A DNA stretch of 63,013 nt, the filler included, from Candidatus Babelota bacterium (GTDB lineage Bacteria; JAGOBX01), in NCBI GenBank assembly GCA_017999075.1. It is 7 parts of 7 records of this genome, joined end to end, with 100 filler letters (N's around TTAATTAATTAA, not from the genome) between each part and the next. Parts side by side here need not be neighbours in the genome. Positions count along the whole stretch, not along the records: positions 45,207 to 54,066 come from JAGOBX010000122.1; positions 54,167 to 63,013 come from JAGOBX010000123.1; 5 more parts are not named here. One strand, 5' to 3'. The notes under the pieces are model-generated. The model was not told where the DNA came from. It ran no database searches and was given only the letters and a program-made list of their open reading frames with translations. The first letter of the stretch is position 1. Each line of letters starts with the position of its first letter. Below, piece by piece: positions 50,139 to 60,821 of the stretch. Made by a program: the position numbers and the translations under genes.

Positions 50139-51034
50139 CACTGAAAAAAATTTTTGAAAAAATTTTTATTTTGTCATTGGTTTTAATATTATTTTCTGGA
50201 TGTTCTGATAAAACTGAAAAAAGCGATGCTTATGGAAATTTTGAAGCTGATGAGATTATCGTGTCTTCGGAAGTTTCAGGTAAAATAATCAAGTTTGAAG
50301 TTGAAGAAGGGGATATATTGAAAAAAAATCAGCCGGTCTGTTATATAGATGATTATCCTATAAAACTGAAAAAAGACGAATTAGCGGCACAAAAAAAAAT
50401 TTCATTTTCCAAAATCAGTAATATTGTTTCACAGGTGAAAGTTATTGAAGAACAAAAACAGAATTTGGTTAATGACAAGAACCGGTTCCTGAAAATGCTT
50501 GCTGAATCAGCCGCTACTCAGAAACAGGTTGATGATATAATCGGCCAGATAAACGTTTTTGACAAACAAATTGAAAATGTATTAACTCAAAAAGTTTCGG
50601 CACAAAATGAAATTGAGCTGATAGATATAAAAATTGCGCAGATACAGGATCAAATAGACAGATGCATAATAAAAAATCCTGCAGACGGAACAGTGATTAA
50701 TAAATATGCAGAAGAAGGCGAAATTTGCGGACCCACAAAACCAGTGTATAAGCTTGCTAATCTTGAACGCATGTATTTGAAGGCATATATAAGTGAAAAA
50801 CAGCTTTCTTCTGTAAAACTCGGAGAGGAAGCAGAGGTTATTATAGATAATGCTAAAAATGAAACCAGAAGATATAGGGGAAAAATAATTTACGTTTCAG
50901 ATAAATCTGAATTCACTCCTAAAACAATTCAGACAAAAGAAGAACGTGTAAAACTTGTTTATGCAATTAAAGTTTCTGTTAAAAATGATGGGTATATAAA
51001 AATAGGGATGCCCGGAGAAATAAAATTCAGATAA
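50135..51034 (+). CDS. HlyD-family periplasmic adaptor (YbhG-like)
   Basis: Lipobox FSGC; VSSEVSGKI, EFTPKTIQTKEER and KIGMPGE motifs. Confidence 0.93.
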   Translation: MTLKKIFEKIFILSLVLILFSGCSDKTEKSDAYGNFEADEIIVSSEVSGKIIKFEVEEGDILKKNQPVCYIDDYPIKLKKDELAAQKKISFSKISNIVSQVKVIEEQKQNLVNDKNRFLKMLAESAATQKQVDDIIGQINVFDKQIENVLTQKVSAQNEIELIDIKIAQIQDQIDRCIIKNPADGTVINKYAEEGEICGPTKPVYKLANLERMYLKAYISEKQLSSVKLGEEAEVIIDNAKNETRRYRGKIIYVSDKSEFTPKTIQTKEERVKLVYAIKVSVKNDGYIKIGMPGEIKFR

Positions 51035-51059
51035 AATTCATATTTTATTATTATTTATT

Positions 51060-51977
51060 ATGGAAAAGAATGAGCAGTGCAAAATAATTCTTGAAAGCGT
51101 GTCTAAAAAATATGGAGATACCTCAGCGCTTGAAAACATATCATTTTCAGTCAATTCGTCTGAAATATTCGGTTTTTTAGGTCCTGATGGTTCAGGAAAA
51201 ACAAGTTTATTTAAAATAATTGCAACTTTAATCAAACAGAGTGAAGGAAAAGTATCAGTTAATGGCTTGGACGGAATCATTGATTACAAGAAAATAAGAA
51301 ATATTATCGGATATATGCCTGAACGTTTTTCGCTGTATCAGGATTTATCTGTTGAAGAAAACCTCGGTTTTTTTGCTGATATATTCGGAACATCAGTAAA
51401 ACAGAATTATGAAATTATCAGAGATATTTATTCTCAGATTGAGCCGTTCAAAAAAAGAAAAGCGGGGAAGTTATCAGGAGGCATGAAACAAAAACTCGCA
51501 TTATCATGTGCGCTTATCCATAAACCTGAAATACTTATTCTTGATGAGCCGACTACAGGAGTTGATCCTGTATCAAGAAAAGAGTTCTGGGAGATTTTAA
51601 AAAAATTAAAAAAAAACGGAATAACAATTCTTGTATCCACGCCGTATATGGATGAAGCTGAGATGTGTGATAGAACAGCATTTATTTTAAAAGGAAAACT
51701 GCTTGTAATTGACAAGCCGTCAAATATAAGGGAAAAATTTAATAGAACTCTGTATTCTGTTAAAAGTTCAAATTTTCATAAATTAATTACTGATTTAAAA
51801 GAATATTCAGGAACATACAATGTTTATCCGTTTGGCGAATATCTTCATTTTATACCGGAAAACAATACGGGATTAAATGATATTGAAAAATATTTGAATT
51901 CAAGGAACCACGCCAGCATTGAGATAATAAAATCACCCCCTGAAATAGAGGATTGTTTTATGGAATTGTCGAAATGA
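51060..51977 (+). CDS. ABC transporter ATP-binding protein (YbhF-like)
   Basis: GPDGSGKT, LSGGMKQK and LDEPTTGVDP motifs. Confidence 0.96.
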   Translation: MEKNEQCKIILESVSKKYGDTSALENISFSVNSSEIFGFLGPDGSGKTSLFKIIATLIKQSEGKVSVNGLDGIIDYKKIRNIIGYMPERFSLYQDLSVEENLGFFADIFGTSVKQNYEIIRDIYSQIEPFKKRKAGKLSGGMKQKLALSCALIHKPEILILDEPTTGVDPVSRKEFWEILKKLKKNGITILVSTPYMDEAEMCDRTAFILKGKLLVIDKPSNIREKFNRTLYSVKSSNFHKLITDLKEYSGTYNVYPFGEYLHFIPENNTGLNDIEKYLNSRNHASIEIIKSPPEIEDCFMELSK

Positions 51978-52717
51978 AAACTGAAAATAAAATTATAATA
52001 GCAGATAACCTTACGAAAAAGTTTGGAGGTTTTACTGCAGTTGATAAAATTAGTTTTGAAGTTTATAAAGGAGAAGTGTTTGGATTTCTCGGAGCTAACG
52101 GAGCAGGAAAAACAACAGCTATGAAAATGCTGTGCGGCTTGTTGGAACCGACTTCAGGAGAAGCTGAAATTGCGGGATTTGACGCATACAAAGACAGACA
52201 GAAGATAAAAATGAATATAGGATATATGAGTCAGAAATTTTCATTATATCAGGATCTGACTATTCTTGAAAACATTTATTTTTATGCGGGGATATACGGT
52301 ATTTCAAAAACAGAAACTAAAGATAAAAGTTATGAGTTATTAAAAAAATTCCGATTGGAGGCGGTTAAAGACAAGTTGATAAAAACTCTGCCGCCGGGCT
52401 GGAGACAAAAACTCGCATTTTCTATTGCAGGTTTGCATAATCCTAAAATAATTTTTTTAGACGAACCTACGGGCGGCGTTGATCCTGTAACCCGCCGTTC
52501 ATTTTGGGAACTTATTTATGAAACAGTTGACTGCGGAATAACAGTATTTGTAACCACGCATTATATGGATGAAGCTGAATATTGCGATCGGGTTTCAATA
52601 ATGGTAAATGGTAAAATTGAAGCGCTGAATTCTCCCAAATTATTGAAAGAAAAATATGAATCTGAAACAATGTATGATGTATTTTTAAAATTGGCGAGAT
52701 ACTCAGTTTCGAAATGA
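51974..52717 (+). CDS. ABC transporter ATP-binding protein (YbhF-like)
   Basis: GANGAGKT, LPPGWRQK and LDEPTGGVDP motifs; ATGA overlap with the previous gene. Confidence 0.96.
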   Translation: MKTENKIIIADNLTKKFGGFTAVDKISFEVYKGEVFGFLGANGAGKTTAMKMLCGLLEPTSGEAEIAGFDAYKDRQKIKMNIGYMSQKFSLYQDLTILENIYFYAGIYGISKTETKDKSYELLKKFRLEAVKDKLIKTLPPGWRQKLAFSIAGLHNPKIIFLDEPTGGVDPVTRRSFWELIYETVDCGITVFVTTHYMDEAEYCDRVSIMVNGKIEALNSPKLLKEKYESETMYDVFLKLARYSVSK

Positions 52718-52818
52718 TTAGTTTGTGGTTGGTAAAATATTTAATGATAAAAAATAAATAAAAATATTGCGGGATCATTTTTTTAATAAAATAATTAGTT
52801 CAAAACTCAATAAACGTT

Positions 52819-53937
52819 ATGAAAAAGAAAATAGCTTTTTGGGCTTTTATAAAAAAAGAGTCATATCATATTTTGAGAGATTACCGAACACTGATTATAT
52901 TGTTCGGAATGCCTGTAATACAAATTATGTTATTCGGTTTTGCAATAACTAATGAACTTAATTACGCAAAAATCGGAATTTTAGATAATTCAAAAAATGA
53001 AATTTCGTCCAGATTGATTTCTAAAATTTTATCATCAGGATATTTTGATTTGCATAATTATTTTCAATCTTACGAAGATATTGATAAAGAATTTGCAAAA
53101 GGTAAAATTAAAGCTGCAATAATTATTCCCGAAAAGTTTGGGAATCGGTCTGAGACAGCAGAAAATTCTGCAGTTCATCTTATACTTGATTCTTCTGAAC
53201 CTAATACTTCTAATTTACTGACTGCATATATTTCGAGTATTATAAAGGAATTCAATGCAGGATTTCTTACTCATGATAAAATGATGAAACAGATTATTCC
53301 TGAAGTTAAAATGAGATATAATCCAGAACTTAAAAGCGTATATATGTTTGTTCCTGGTCTTATGTCCGTTATACTTATGCTTGTATCAGCGTTAATGACT
53401 TCCATTTCAATTACTAGAGAAAAAGAATTGGGGACAATGGAAATACTTCTTGTATCTCCGCTGAAACCTGTACAAATTATTTTAGGTAAAGTAATACCTT
53501 ATATATTTTTGTCTTTTATGAATGCAGTTATAATATTGCTGCTTGGAAGATTTGTATTTGAAGTGCCAGTGTTTGGAAATACTGCACTGCTTCTTGCGGA
53601 ATGCGTGTTGTTTATTTTTACGGCATTATCTTTAGGAATAATGATTTCCTCAATAACTTCATCCCAGCAGACAGCTATGATGATAGCTTTGGTAGCTTTA
53701 ATGATGCCTACCATATTACTTTCAGGTTTTATTTTTCCTATAAAAAACATGCCTCAGGCTCTGCAGATTTTAACAAATATTATACCTGCAAAATGGTTTA
53801 TAATAATAATTAAAAATATTATGCTTAAAGGAGTAGGATTAAATTTTGTTTGGAAAGAAACTTTAATATTATTTTCTATGACATTGATTTTTATATTTAT
53901 CAGCGTAAAAAAATTTAAGGACCGAATCGATATTTGA
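52819..53937 (+). CDS. ABC-2 permease (YbhS-like)
   Basis: REKELGTMEILLVSP and LLSGFIFPI motifs. Confidence 0.95.
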   Translation: MKKKIAFWAFIKKESYHILRDYRTLIILFGMPVIQIMLFGFAITNELNYAKIGILDNSKNEISSRLISKILSSGYFDLHNYFQSYEDIDKEFAKGKIKAAIIIPEKFGNRSETAENSAVHLILDSSEPNTSNLLTAYISSIIKEFNAGFLTHDKMMKQIIPEVKMRYNPELKSVYMFVPGLMSVILMLVSALMTSISITREKELGTMEILLVSPLKPVQIILGKVIPYIFLSFMNAVIILLLGRFVFEVPVFGNTALLLAECVLFIFTALSLGIMISSITSSQQTAMMIALVALMMPTILLSGFIFPIKNMPQALQILTNIIPAKWFIIIIKNIMLKGVGLNFVWKETLILFSMTLIFIFISVKKFKDRIDI

Positions 53938-53978
53938 AAATAATTAATAAAGAAATATAAGTTAAACCTGGTTACAAT

Positions 53979-54066
53979 ATGAAAAAAATTATAACGATAA
54001 TTATCAAAGAATTCAAACAAATATTCAGAGATAAAGGCATGCTTCCGTTGATATTTATTATGCCTT
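53979..54066 (+). CDS. Second ABC-2 permease (YbhR-like), N-terminal fragment
   Basis: Not in the ORF track. Translates as MKKIITIIIKEFKQIFRDKGMLPLIFIMP. Confidence 0.85.
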
Positions 54067-54166
54067 NNNNNNNNNNNNNNNNNNNNNNNNNNNNNNNNNN
54101 NNNNNNNNNNTTAATTAATTAANNNNNNNNNNNNNNNNNNNNNNNNNNNNNNNNNNNNNNNNNNNN
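54067..54166. other. Artificial contig linker
   Basis: N44-TTAATTAATTAA-N44. Confidence 0.99.
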
Positions 54167-55181
54167 AAAGGAACAGTATGGAATACTGAGGAATAATCTG
54201 GAAAATCTTATGTATTCGTTTGTTGTTCAGGCTGAAAGAAATATTGACGTCATTATGCCGGGTTTTACTCATATGCAGCATGCGCAACCTGTATATCTTG
54301 GGCATTATCTTTTTGCTTATTATCACAAGTTTAAACGAGATTTGATTAAACTGAGTTTAATTTCGGAAATTTCAAACGAATGTCCTTTAGGCGCAGGAGC
54401 TTTAGCCGGAACTTCACATAATATAGACAGGCATTATGTTTCGGAATTATTGGGATTCAACAAACCTACAGACAACAGTATTGATACTGTTTCAGATAGA
54501 GATTTTATTATTGATTATTTGTATGTTTGCGCTCTTATAGCTACGCATTTATCTCAAATAAGTGAAGAATTAATTATCTGGTCGTCACAGGAATTTAATT
54601 ATGTTGCTATAGATGATTCTTTTACTACAGGCAGCAGTATAATGCCGAACAAGAAAAATCCCGATGTTTGCGAATTAACACGGGGAAAATCAGGCCGGAT
54701 TATTTCAAATCTTAATGCATTGTTTATTATGATAAAAGGATTGCCTCTTGCTTATAATCGCGATCTGCAGGACGACAAAAGAATATTGTTTGAAACTGCA
54801 GATTCTATTAATTTGATAATTCCTGTTTTCACCAAAATGATAGAATCATTGAAATTCAATAAAAATGTTATGTTTAAATCGCTGAAAAAAGGATTTATTG
54901 AGGCAACTGATATAGCTGATTATCTTGTTAATAAAAATGTTCCGTTCAGAGAAGCTCATCATATAAGCGGTAATTTGGTGAAATATGCTGTTTCAAATCA
55001 AAAATCTTTACAGGATTTAAGTTTGGATGAGTTTATGTCTTTTTCAGAAAAATTTTCAGATGACATATTTAAAACGATAGATTTTAAAAATATTGTTGAA
55101 TCTCGGAAATCATATGGTTCCGCATCTCTAAAAAATGTAAAACTTCAAATTAAAAACGCTAAGAAATTTTTAAATTTATAA
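54167..55181 (+). CDS. argH: Argininosuccinate lyase, 5'-truncated
   Basis: [25 protein letters not shown] and [10 protein letters not shown] motifs. Confidence 0.97.
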
Positions 55182-55212
55182 ATTTATAATTTTTTCAGGA
55201 GGATGGTTTAAA

Positions 55213-55956
55213 ATGCAAGGTATTCTTTTTTTAGTTGTTATAGGAGTTATGTTTTTGTTTTCTTCGATAAAAATAGTTAAGGAATATGAACGAGGAGTTG
55301 TATTTCGTCTTGGACGCCTGGTAGGGGCACGAGGTCCAGGATTGTTTTTGTTGATTCCAGCTATAGAAAAAATGGTAAAAGTTGATTTGCGTACTGTAAC
55401 AATGGATGTCCCATCGCAAGAAATTATAACTAAAGATAATGTTCCTGTAAGAGTTAACGCTGTTGTATATTTTAGAATTCTGAATCCTGAAAATGCAATA
55501 GTAAAGGTTGAAAATTATTATGTTGCAACATCCCAGATTGCGCAGACGACATTACGCAGCGTTTTAGGACAGTCTGAACTTGATGAACTTCTTACAGCAA
55601 GAGAAAAAATTAATCTTGAACTTCAGAAAATTATTGATGATCAAACTGATCCATGGGGAATAAAGGTTTCAGTGGTTGAAGTTAAAGATGTTGAACTTCC
55701 GGATACAATGAAACGCGCTATGGCTAAGCAGGCTGAAGCAGAACGAGAACGCCGCGCTAAAATAATCAGCGCTGAAGGAGAATTCCAGTCGTCTCAGAAA
55801 TTGCTTGAAGCAGCTCAGGTTATTGAACAGTCTCCGGCTACTCTTCAATTAAGATTTTTGCAGACTGTAAGAGAAATAGCTTCTGAAAATAATTCTGTAA
55901 CTTTTTTTCCTATACCTTTGGAATTATTTAAAGGAATGTTGTCCAAAGAAAAATAA
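55213..55956 (+). CDS. Stomatin/slipin (SPFH) family protein
   Basis: [22 protein letters not shown] and [13 protein letters not shown] motifs. Confidence 0.96.
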   Translation: MQGILFLVVIGVMFLFSSIKIVKEYERGVVFRLGRLVGARGPGLFLLIPAIEKMVKVDLRTVTMDVPSQEIITKDNVPVRVNAVVYFRILNPENAIVKVENYYVATSQIAQTTLRSVLGQSELDELLTAREKINLELQKIIDDQTDPWGIKVSVVEVKDVELPDTMKRAMAKQAEAERERRAKIISAEGEFQSSQKLLEAAQVIEQSPATLQLRFLQTVREIASENNSVTFFPIPLELFKGMLSKEK

Positions 55957-55973
55957 AAGAACGGTTGAAATTT

Positions 55974-57281
55974 ATGAAAACATTGTTGAAAAATTGCAGA
56001 CTTGTGTTAGAAAACCGTGTTGCAGATTCTGATTTGCTGATTGAAAACGATAGAATTTCAAAAATTTCTGATAATATCAAATCTGCTGGAATTGATAATA
56101 CAATTGATATTAAAAAAAAAATTGTGTTTCCCGGAGCTGTAGATCCGCATATTCATCTTGAACTTAATCTTGGACCGGGCAGAATGTCATCTGATACTTT
56201 TGAATCAGGAACTGCCGCAGCATTAAACGGCGGAGTTACCACAGTGTTTGATTTTGCCCATCAAGAACTGCCCGGAGAAACTCTGCTGAATGCATATCAA
56301 AGATCGAAAAAAAATTCTGTTTCGGCAAAAAACCGGCTGTATTTTCATTCTGGAATAATGAATTTATCTGATAATCTGGAAGAACAGATTGACCGCGTTT
56401 TCAAGGCAGGAGTGAAATCATTTAAAATTTATATGAATTCTGTAAAAACAAATTCGGAATTTCTTTATAGAGCCATAAAAAAAATCAGCAGCCTTAAAGG
56501 TAAAATTCTGTTGCATTGTGAAGATGCAGTTATAATAGAATATTTGAAAAAAAAGCTGCATAATGAAAATAAGCGGGGGTGCGGAAATATTCCTGCAAGC
56601 AGGCCTGATTATCTTGAATTGTATTCAATTGCAAATGCTGCAATTTTAGCGGAAAATCTGGATGCTGAAATTTATGTGGTTCATTTGTCAACTGCGTCAG
56701 GAGCTGAATATATAAAACAAATGCAGAAGCAGGGCGTGAAAATCAGCGCTGAAACATGCGCTCAATATCTCCTGCTTACAGATGATATTTATAAAAAAAA
56801 AGATGGATTTCTTTTTACATGCACTCCTCCTTTCAGAAAAAAACGCGACAATGAAGTTTTATGGGATTCCATTAAAAATGAGACTATAAAGTTTATTTCA
56901 ACAGATCATTGTCCTTTTTTGAAAAAACAGAAACAACGATTCAGCGGCAGTTTTGTTGATTATGTTTATGGACTTCCAGGCGTAGAATTTTCTCCTGTTC
57001 TTATGATTTCGGAAATGAGAAAACGAAAATTTGATTATTCCAAGATCAGCAGGCTGCTTTCCACGAATGCGGCAAAATATTTTGAATTGTATCCTGAAAT
57101 AGGGGTTATTAAAGCAGGAAGCAAAGCTGATTTATTTGTTTATAATCCTGACTGCAGGCAAAAACTGTCATGCAGGAATTGGAAAACAAACTGTGATTTT
57201 TATCAGTTTGAAAACAGGGTTGTAGATGGAAAAATAGAAATTGTAATTTTTGATGGGGAAATCGTAAAAAACATCGGATAG
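55974..57281 (+). CDS. hydA: Cyclic amidohydrolase, dihydropyrimidinase/hydantoinase type
   Basis: DPHIH, SFKIYM, HCED, VVHLST and STDHCPF motifs; start at 55974 (ATG) or 55965. Confidence 0.82.
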   Translation: MKTLLKNCRLVLENRVADSDLLIENDRISKISDNIKSAGIDNTIDIKKKIVFPGAVDPHIHLELNLGPGRMSSDTFESGTAAALNGGVTTVFDFAHQELPGETLLNAYQRSKKNSVSAKNRLYFHSGIMNLSDNLEEQIDRVFKAGVKSFKIYMNSVKTNSEFLYRAIKKISSLKGKILLHCEDAVIIEYLKKKLHNENKRGCGNIPASRPDYLELYSIANAAILAENLDAEIYVVHLSTASGAEYIKQMQKQGVKISAETCAQYLLLTDDIYKKKDGFLFTCTPPFRKKRDNEVLWDSIKNETIKFISTDHCPFLKKQKQRFSGSFVDYVYGLPGVEFSPVLMISEMRKRKFDYSKISRLLSTNAAKYFELYPEIGVIKAGSKADLFVYNPDCRQKLSCRNWKTNCDFYQFENRVVDGKIEIVIFDGEIVKNIG

Positions 57282-57392
57282 AATTTTTATTTCGCTGAAT
57301 AAAAAGTATCAAAAATTGTAAATTTATTTTTTTATATAGCGAATAATTATTCTTAATATAATATTTTGCATTTTGTTCAGCCATGAAATGAT

Positions 57393-58859
57393 TTGTTGAA
57401 TATGAATAAAACCCGCAAAGAATTTATTTCTAACAATATTTTGATTTTCAGTATACAAATATTGGTCTATATAAAAGGCATATTTTTAATGCCTTTGCTT
57501 ATAAAGAATGTCGGCGCAACTTTTTACGGCGGATACGCTCTTCTGATTTCTACATTCGGATTTATATTCGGTATTTCATCATTGGGTTCGGGTTTTAAAA
57601 TCAACAGATACCTTCCATCCACTCAGGATTTAAAAAAAAGGAAAGAAATATTTTATACGGCATTTTATTTTAATTTTTTCAGCATACTTATATTATCTGT
57701 TGTATTCACATTATTTTCCGGATTGTTTAAACAGATTTTTTTTAAAAATTCTCTGGAATTTACAAGTTCAATAATTATACTCGCTTTGTCAGGAAATTTA
57801 ATTCATCACTATTTTACAAATTATTTCAGATACACTCACAGGCTTGTTCATTATGCTGCTGCTGCTGTAATTGTACCATACCTGTTTATATTGATAGTTT
57901 TGTTTTTAGTATGGAAAGATAAACCTATAACTTTGAATCTGCTGGTTATATCGAATTTTGTTTCTATTACAATACCCGGATGCATACTTATATTTTTGAC
58001 GGCTAAAGAAATAGGAATATGGGTGAAACCTAATTTTAAATTACTTGCTGAAGATATTAAAGTCGGCAGCCCGCTTGCATTGAATTATGTATTTGATTTT
58101 GTATTAAGTGCAGGTGACAGATATGTTATATCATATTTTTTAAGCATTACAGCGGTTGCTCATTATAACCCTGCTTATACTCTTGGAAGTTTTATTATTT
58201 TAGTTCCTAAAGTATTAAGCGCAGCTGTTCAGCCTCAGTTAGCCAAAGCATTCGATGGAGGAGATATTGAAACAGTAAGAAAATTGATGCTATATTCTCT
58301 TAAACTGTTTATATGGCTGGTTTTGCCGTTCATAGCGGCAACTGCTTTAGTTTCTAAACCGATACTGGAATTACTTGCTAATAAAGAAATAGCATCTGCT
58401 GCAAATATTATCACTCCTGTTGTCTCTCTTGGTTCATTGTTTTACGGTCTTAACCTGATTCAGGGTTTTTTGCTTTTTTTAAATCTGAAAACAAAAGAAA
58501 TATTTTATGTAAATGTTTTTTCGGCATTTTTGAATGTTATTCTGAATATCATATTTATTTCGATTTTTAAAAATATTATTGTCGCTGCTTTTACGACACT
58601 GGCGTGTTATATGATCACATTTTTTTATATACGTAGTCTGATAAAAAAATATATAACTCTTGATTTGAGTGAAATAAAATTTTATGTTCTTAAATTAGTT
58701 CCGGTTATAGCTGTATGGTCGGTATTGCTTTATTATTTGAATTCAGGATTTCAATTGAATATTTTGATAAAAGTATTAATTGGATTTGTTTTATACTTAA
58801 TAATGTCGGTAATTTCAGGTGTTGTAAATGTTAAAGAATTTAAAATTATCAAAAAATAA
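57393..58859 (+). CDS. Wzx-type oligosaccharide flippase
   Basis: About 14 TM helices; DRYVISYFL...YNPAY pattern; first gene of a glycan locus. Confidence 0.88.
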   Translation: MLNMNKTRKEFISNNILIFSIQILVYIKGIFLMPLLIKNVGATFYGGYALLISTFGFIFGISSLGSGFKINRYLPSTQDLKKRKEIFYTAFYFNFFSILILSVVFTLFSGLFKQIFFKNSLEFTSSIIILALSGNLIHHYFTNYFRYTHRLVHYAAAAVIVPYLFILIVLFLVWKDKPITLNLLVISNFVSITIPGCILIFLTAKEIGIWVKPNFKLLAEDIKVGSPLALNYVFDFVLSAGDRYVISYFLSITAVAHYNPAYTLGSFIILVPKVLSAAVQPQLAKAFDGGDIETVRKLMLYSLKLFIWLVLPFIAATALVSKPILELLANKEIASAANIITPVVSLGSLFYGLNLIQGFLLFLNLKTKEIFYVNVFSAFLNVILNIIFISIFKNIIVAAFTTLACYMITFFYIRSLIKKYITLDLSEIKFYVLKLVPVIAVWSVLLYYLNSGFQLNILIKVLIGFVLYLIMSVISGVVNVKEFKIIKK

Positions 58860-58865
58860 ATAATT

Positions 58866-60821
58866 ATGTCGTTATCAACAAATACGCTGATTGTATGCAG
58901 AGATATATCTGATTTTAAGCGGCTGAACTCTTTTAAAAAGTATTCTGACCGCAGATATATACTTGCATCTGATTCAATCAGTCTTCATAAAAATTGTAAA
59001 AAAATAAATTGGATCGATTCCGATGTTTGGCTTGAAGACAGCAGAAGTTCATTTTCTGTTTTAAATGAAGTTCTTAAATTGATTGATTCAGTAAATTTAT
59101 TTTTAAAAAATATATCCGAAAATGATTCGCTGGGGTTGCCTCAAAATTTGTTTTACTGGATATATCATGTTGAAGGCGGCAAAACAACTCAAAGTATCCA
59201 GGATTCAGTATTGCTGATAGAATCATATTCTAGATTATTTAAAGAAAATGATATAATCGAAGTTATTATAATTGGAAACAGGAAATTTTATTTTGAAAAT
59301 ATGATATTGATTGAAACTGCAAAAAAATTAAATATAAAGGCAACCCTGATTGATTTTTTTTATATTAAGATGTTTTCTGCTTTTTTATTTGATATAATAA
59401 AATATTCGATAAAAAATATGGTTCATTCTGTAGCAGTAACATCATATTTAATGAAAAAAAATTTTTTTGCAATATTAAAAAAACAAATGTTTGATGAAAA
59501 TAAGGAAAAATTCGAGATACTTTTTCAACTATGCGGAAATGCTAAAAAACATCAGGAAAATATTATTCCTATAATGAAAGAACTTAATAAAATAGGGTAT
59601 GAATCAATTGCTTTGTGCTGGCGTGCGAAACTTGCCGCTAAGTATTTGACAGAGGTTGAAAAACTTAAGGTTGCGGAGCTTGAATATTTAATTCCATTCG
59701 GAACATTGATAAAAACTTGTTTTTATTCATTAATAACAATATTTAAATTGAAAAAAATATATACCAGGTTTTCTGAATTTCCGGAAATTAATTATAATGG
59801 CGTTAAACTGGACAGAATATTGATGCGCGGTATAATATTTTTTTTGTTTTCAGAAATTCCTATGAGATATAAATTTGATTGCGCGGTTAAAAAATATTTT
59901 TTAACCCATCACCCTGTGGCAGTAAAATTATGGGGCGGCGGTTATGTAATGGAAGGAAGTTTGCTCAATGATAATATTGAAAAATTACCGCCGAATTCGA
60001 TGCCGGCGAGATTATACTGGTTTTGGCTGATTGGAGGTCCGGTACATTCAAGAAATATCAGTTATGTTGATTTATTTTTGACTGCCGGAGACATTCAAAA
60101 AAAATATTTGATTGACTTAGGTATTCCTGAAAACAGGATAAAACTGACAGGGATGTTCCGTTATACTGATTTGTCAGGGTTTAAAAATAAATATTCTGTT
60201 GATGATTCTAAAACAATTTTAAATATAAAAAATAAATATAAATTAAATATAACTTATGATTTAAGCAACAGCGCCAGAGGAAATCAGTCTGTTTTTGAAC
60301 AAATTCAAATATTAGAATTTTTATTTGGTTTTGCTAAAAATAATCCTGAAATATCACTTATTATTAAGCCCCATCCTTACTGCAATGTTGAAGATTATTT
60401 GTCGTTGTTTAATGAATATAATTTATCAAATTTTTATTTAATAGATAAAACGACTCTTCCATATCATTGCCTTAATTTTGCCGATGTTTTTATAACAAAA
60501 ATTTCTACTATGGGACTTGAATCTATGTTGTTTGAAAAGCCTATTCTGATTATTCTGCTTGATAATGAAAAAAATTGGCGGTTATATGAAGATGCAGCCG
60601 AATATTTCTATTCTACTGACGAATGCGGAAATTTTTTAAAAAAAATTTTAGCTGATGAAGAATTTAAAAAAAAATGGACAGATGAAACAGTCCGGAAACA
60701 AAAAAAATTTTTAAAAAGATTTTTTGGAATAAAAACTGAAAATGCAGCAGCTGCAGGAGCTGCTGCCATCGATGATTATTTGAATCAGAAAGTTGAAAAA
60801 GGAAAAAAATATGATTATTAA
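58866..60821 (+). CDS. Polysaccharide biosynthesis protein with C-terminal GT-B-like domain
   Basis: IKLTGMFRY, LIIKPHP and STMGLESMLFEKP motifs, as in TagB/capsule-synthesis-like transferases. Confidence 0.65.
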   Translation: MSLSTNTLIVCRDISDFKRLNSFKKYSDRRYILASDSISLHKNCKKINWIDSDVWLEDSRSSFSVLNEVLKLIDSVNLFLKNISENDSLGLPQNLFYWIYHVEGGKTTQSIQDSVLLIESYSRLFKENDIIEVIIIGNRKFYFENMILIETAKKLNIKATLIDFFYIKMFSAFLFDIIKYSIKNMVHSVAVTSYLMKKNFFAILKKQMFDENKEKFEILFQLCGNAKKHQENIIPIMKELNKIGYESIALCWRAKLAAKYLTEVEKLKVAELEYLIPFGTLIKTCFYSLITIFKLKKIYTRFSEFPEINYNGVKLDRILMRGIIFFLFSEIPMRYKFDCAVKKYFLTHHPVAVKLWGGGYVMEGSLLNDNIEKLPPNSMPARLYWFWLIGGPVHSRNISYVDLFLTAGDIQKKYLIDLGIPENRIKLTGMFRYTDLSGFKNKYSVDDSKTILNIKNKYKLNITYDLSNSARGNQSVFEQIQILEFLFGFAKNNPEISLIIKPHPYCNVEDYLSLFNEYNLSNFYLIDKTTLPYHCLNFADVFITKISTMGLESMLFEKPILIILLDNEKNWRLYEDAAEYFYSTDECGNFLKKILADEEFKKKWTDETVRKQKKFLKRFFGIKTENAAAAGAAAIDDYLNQKVEKGKKYDY

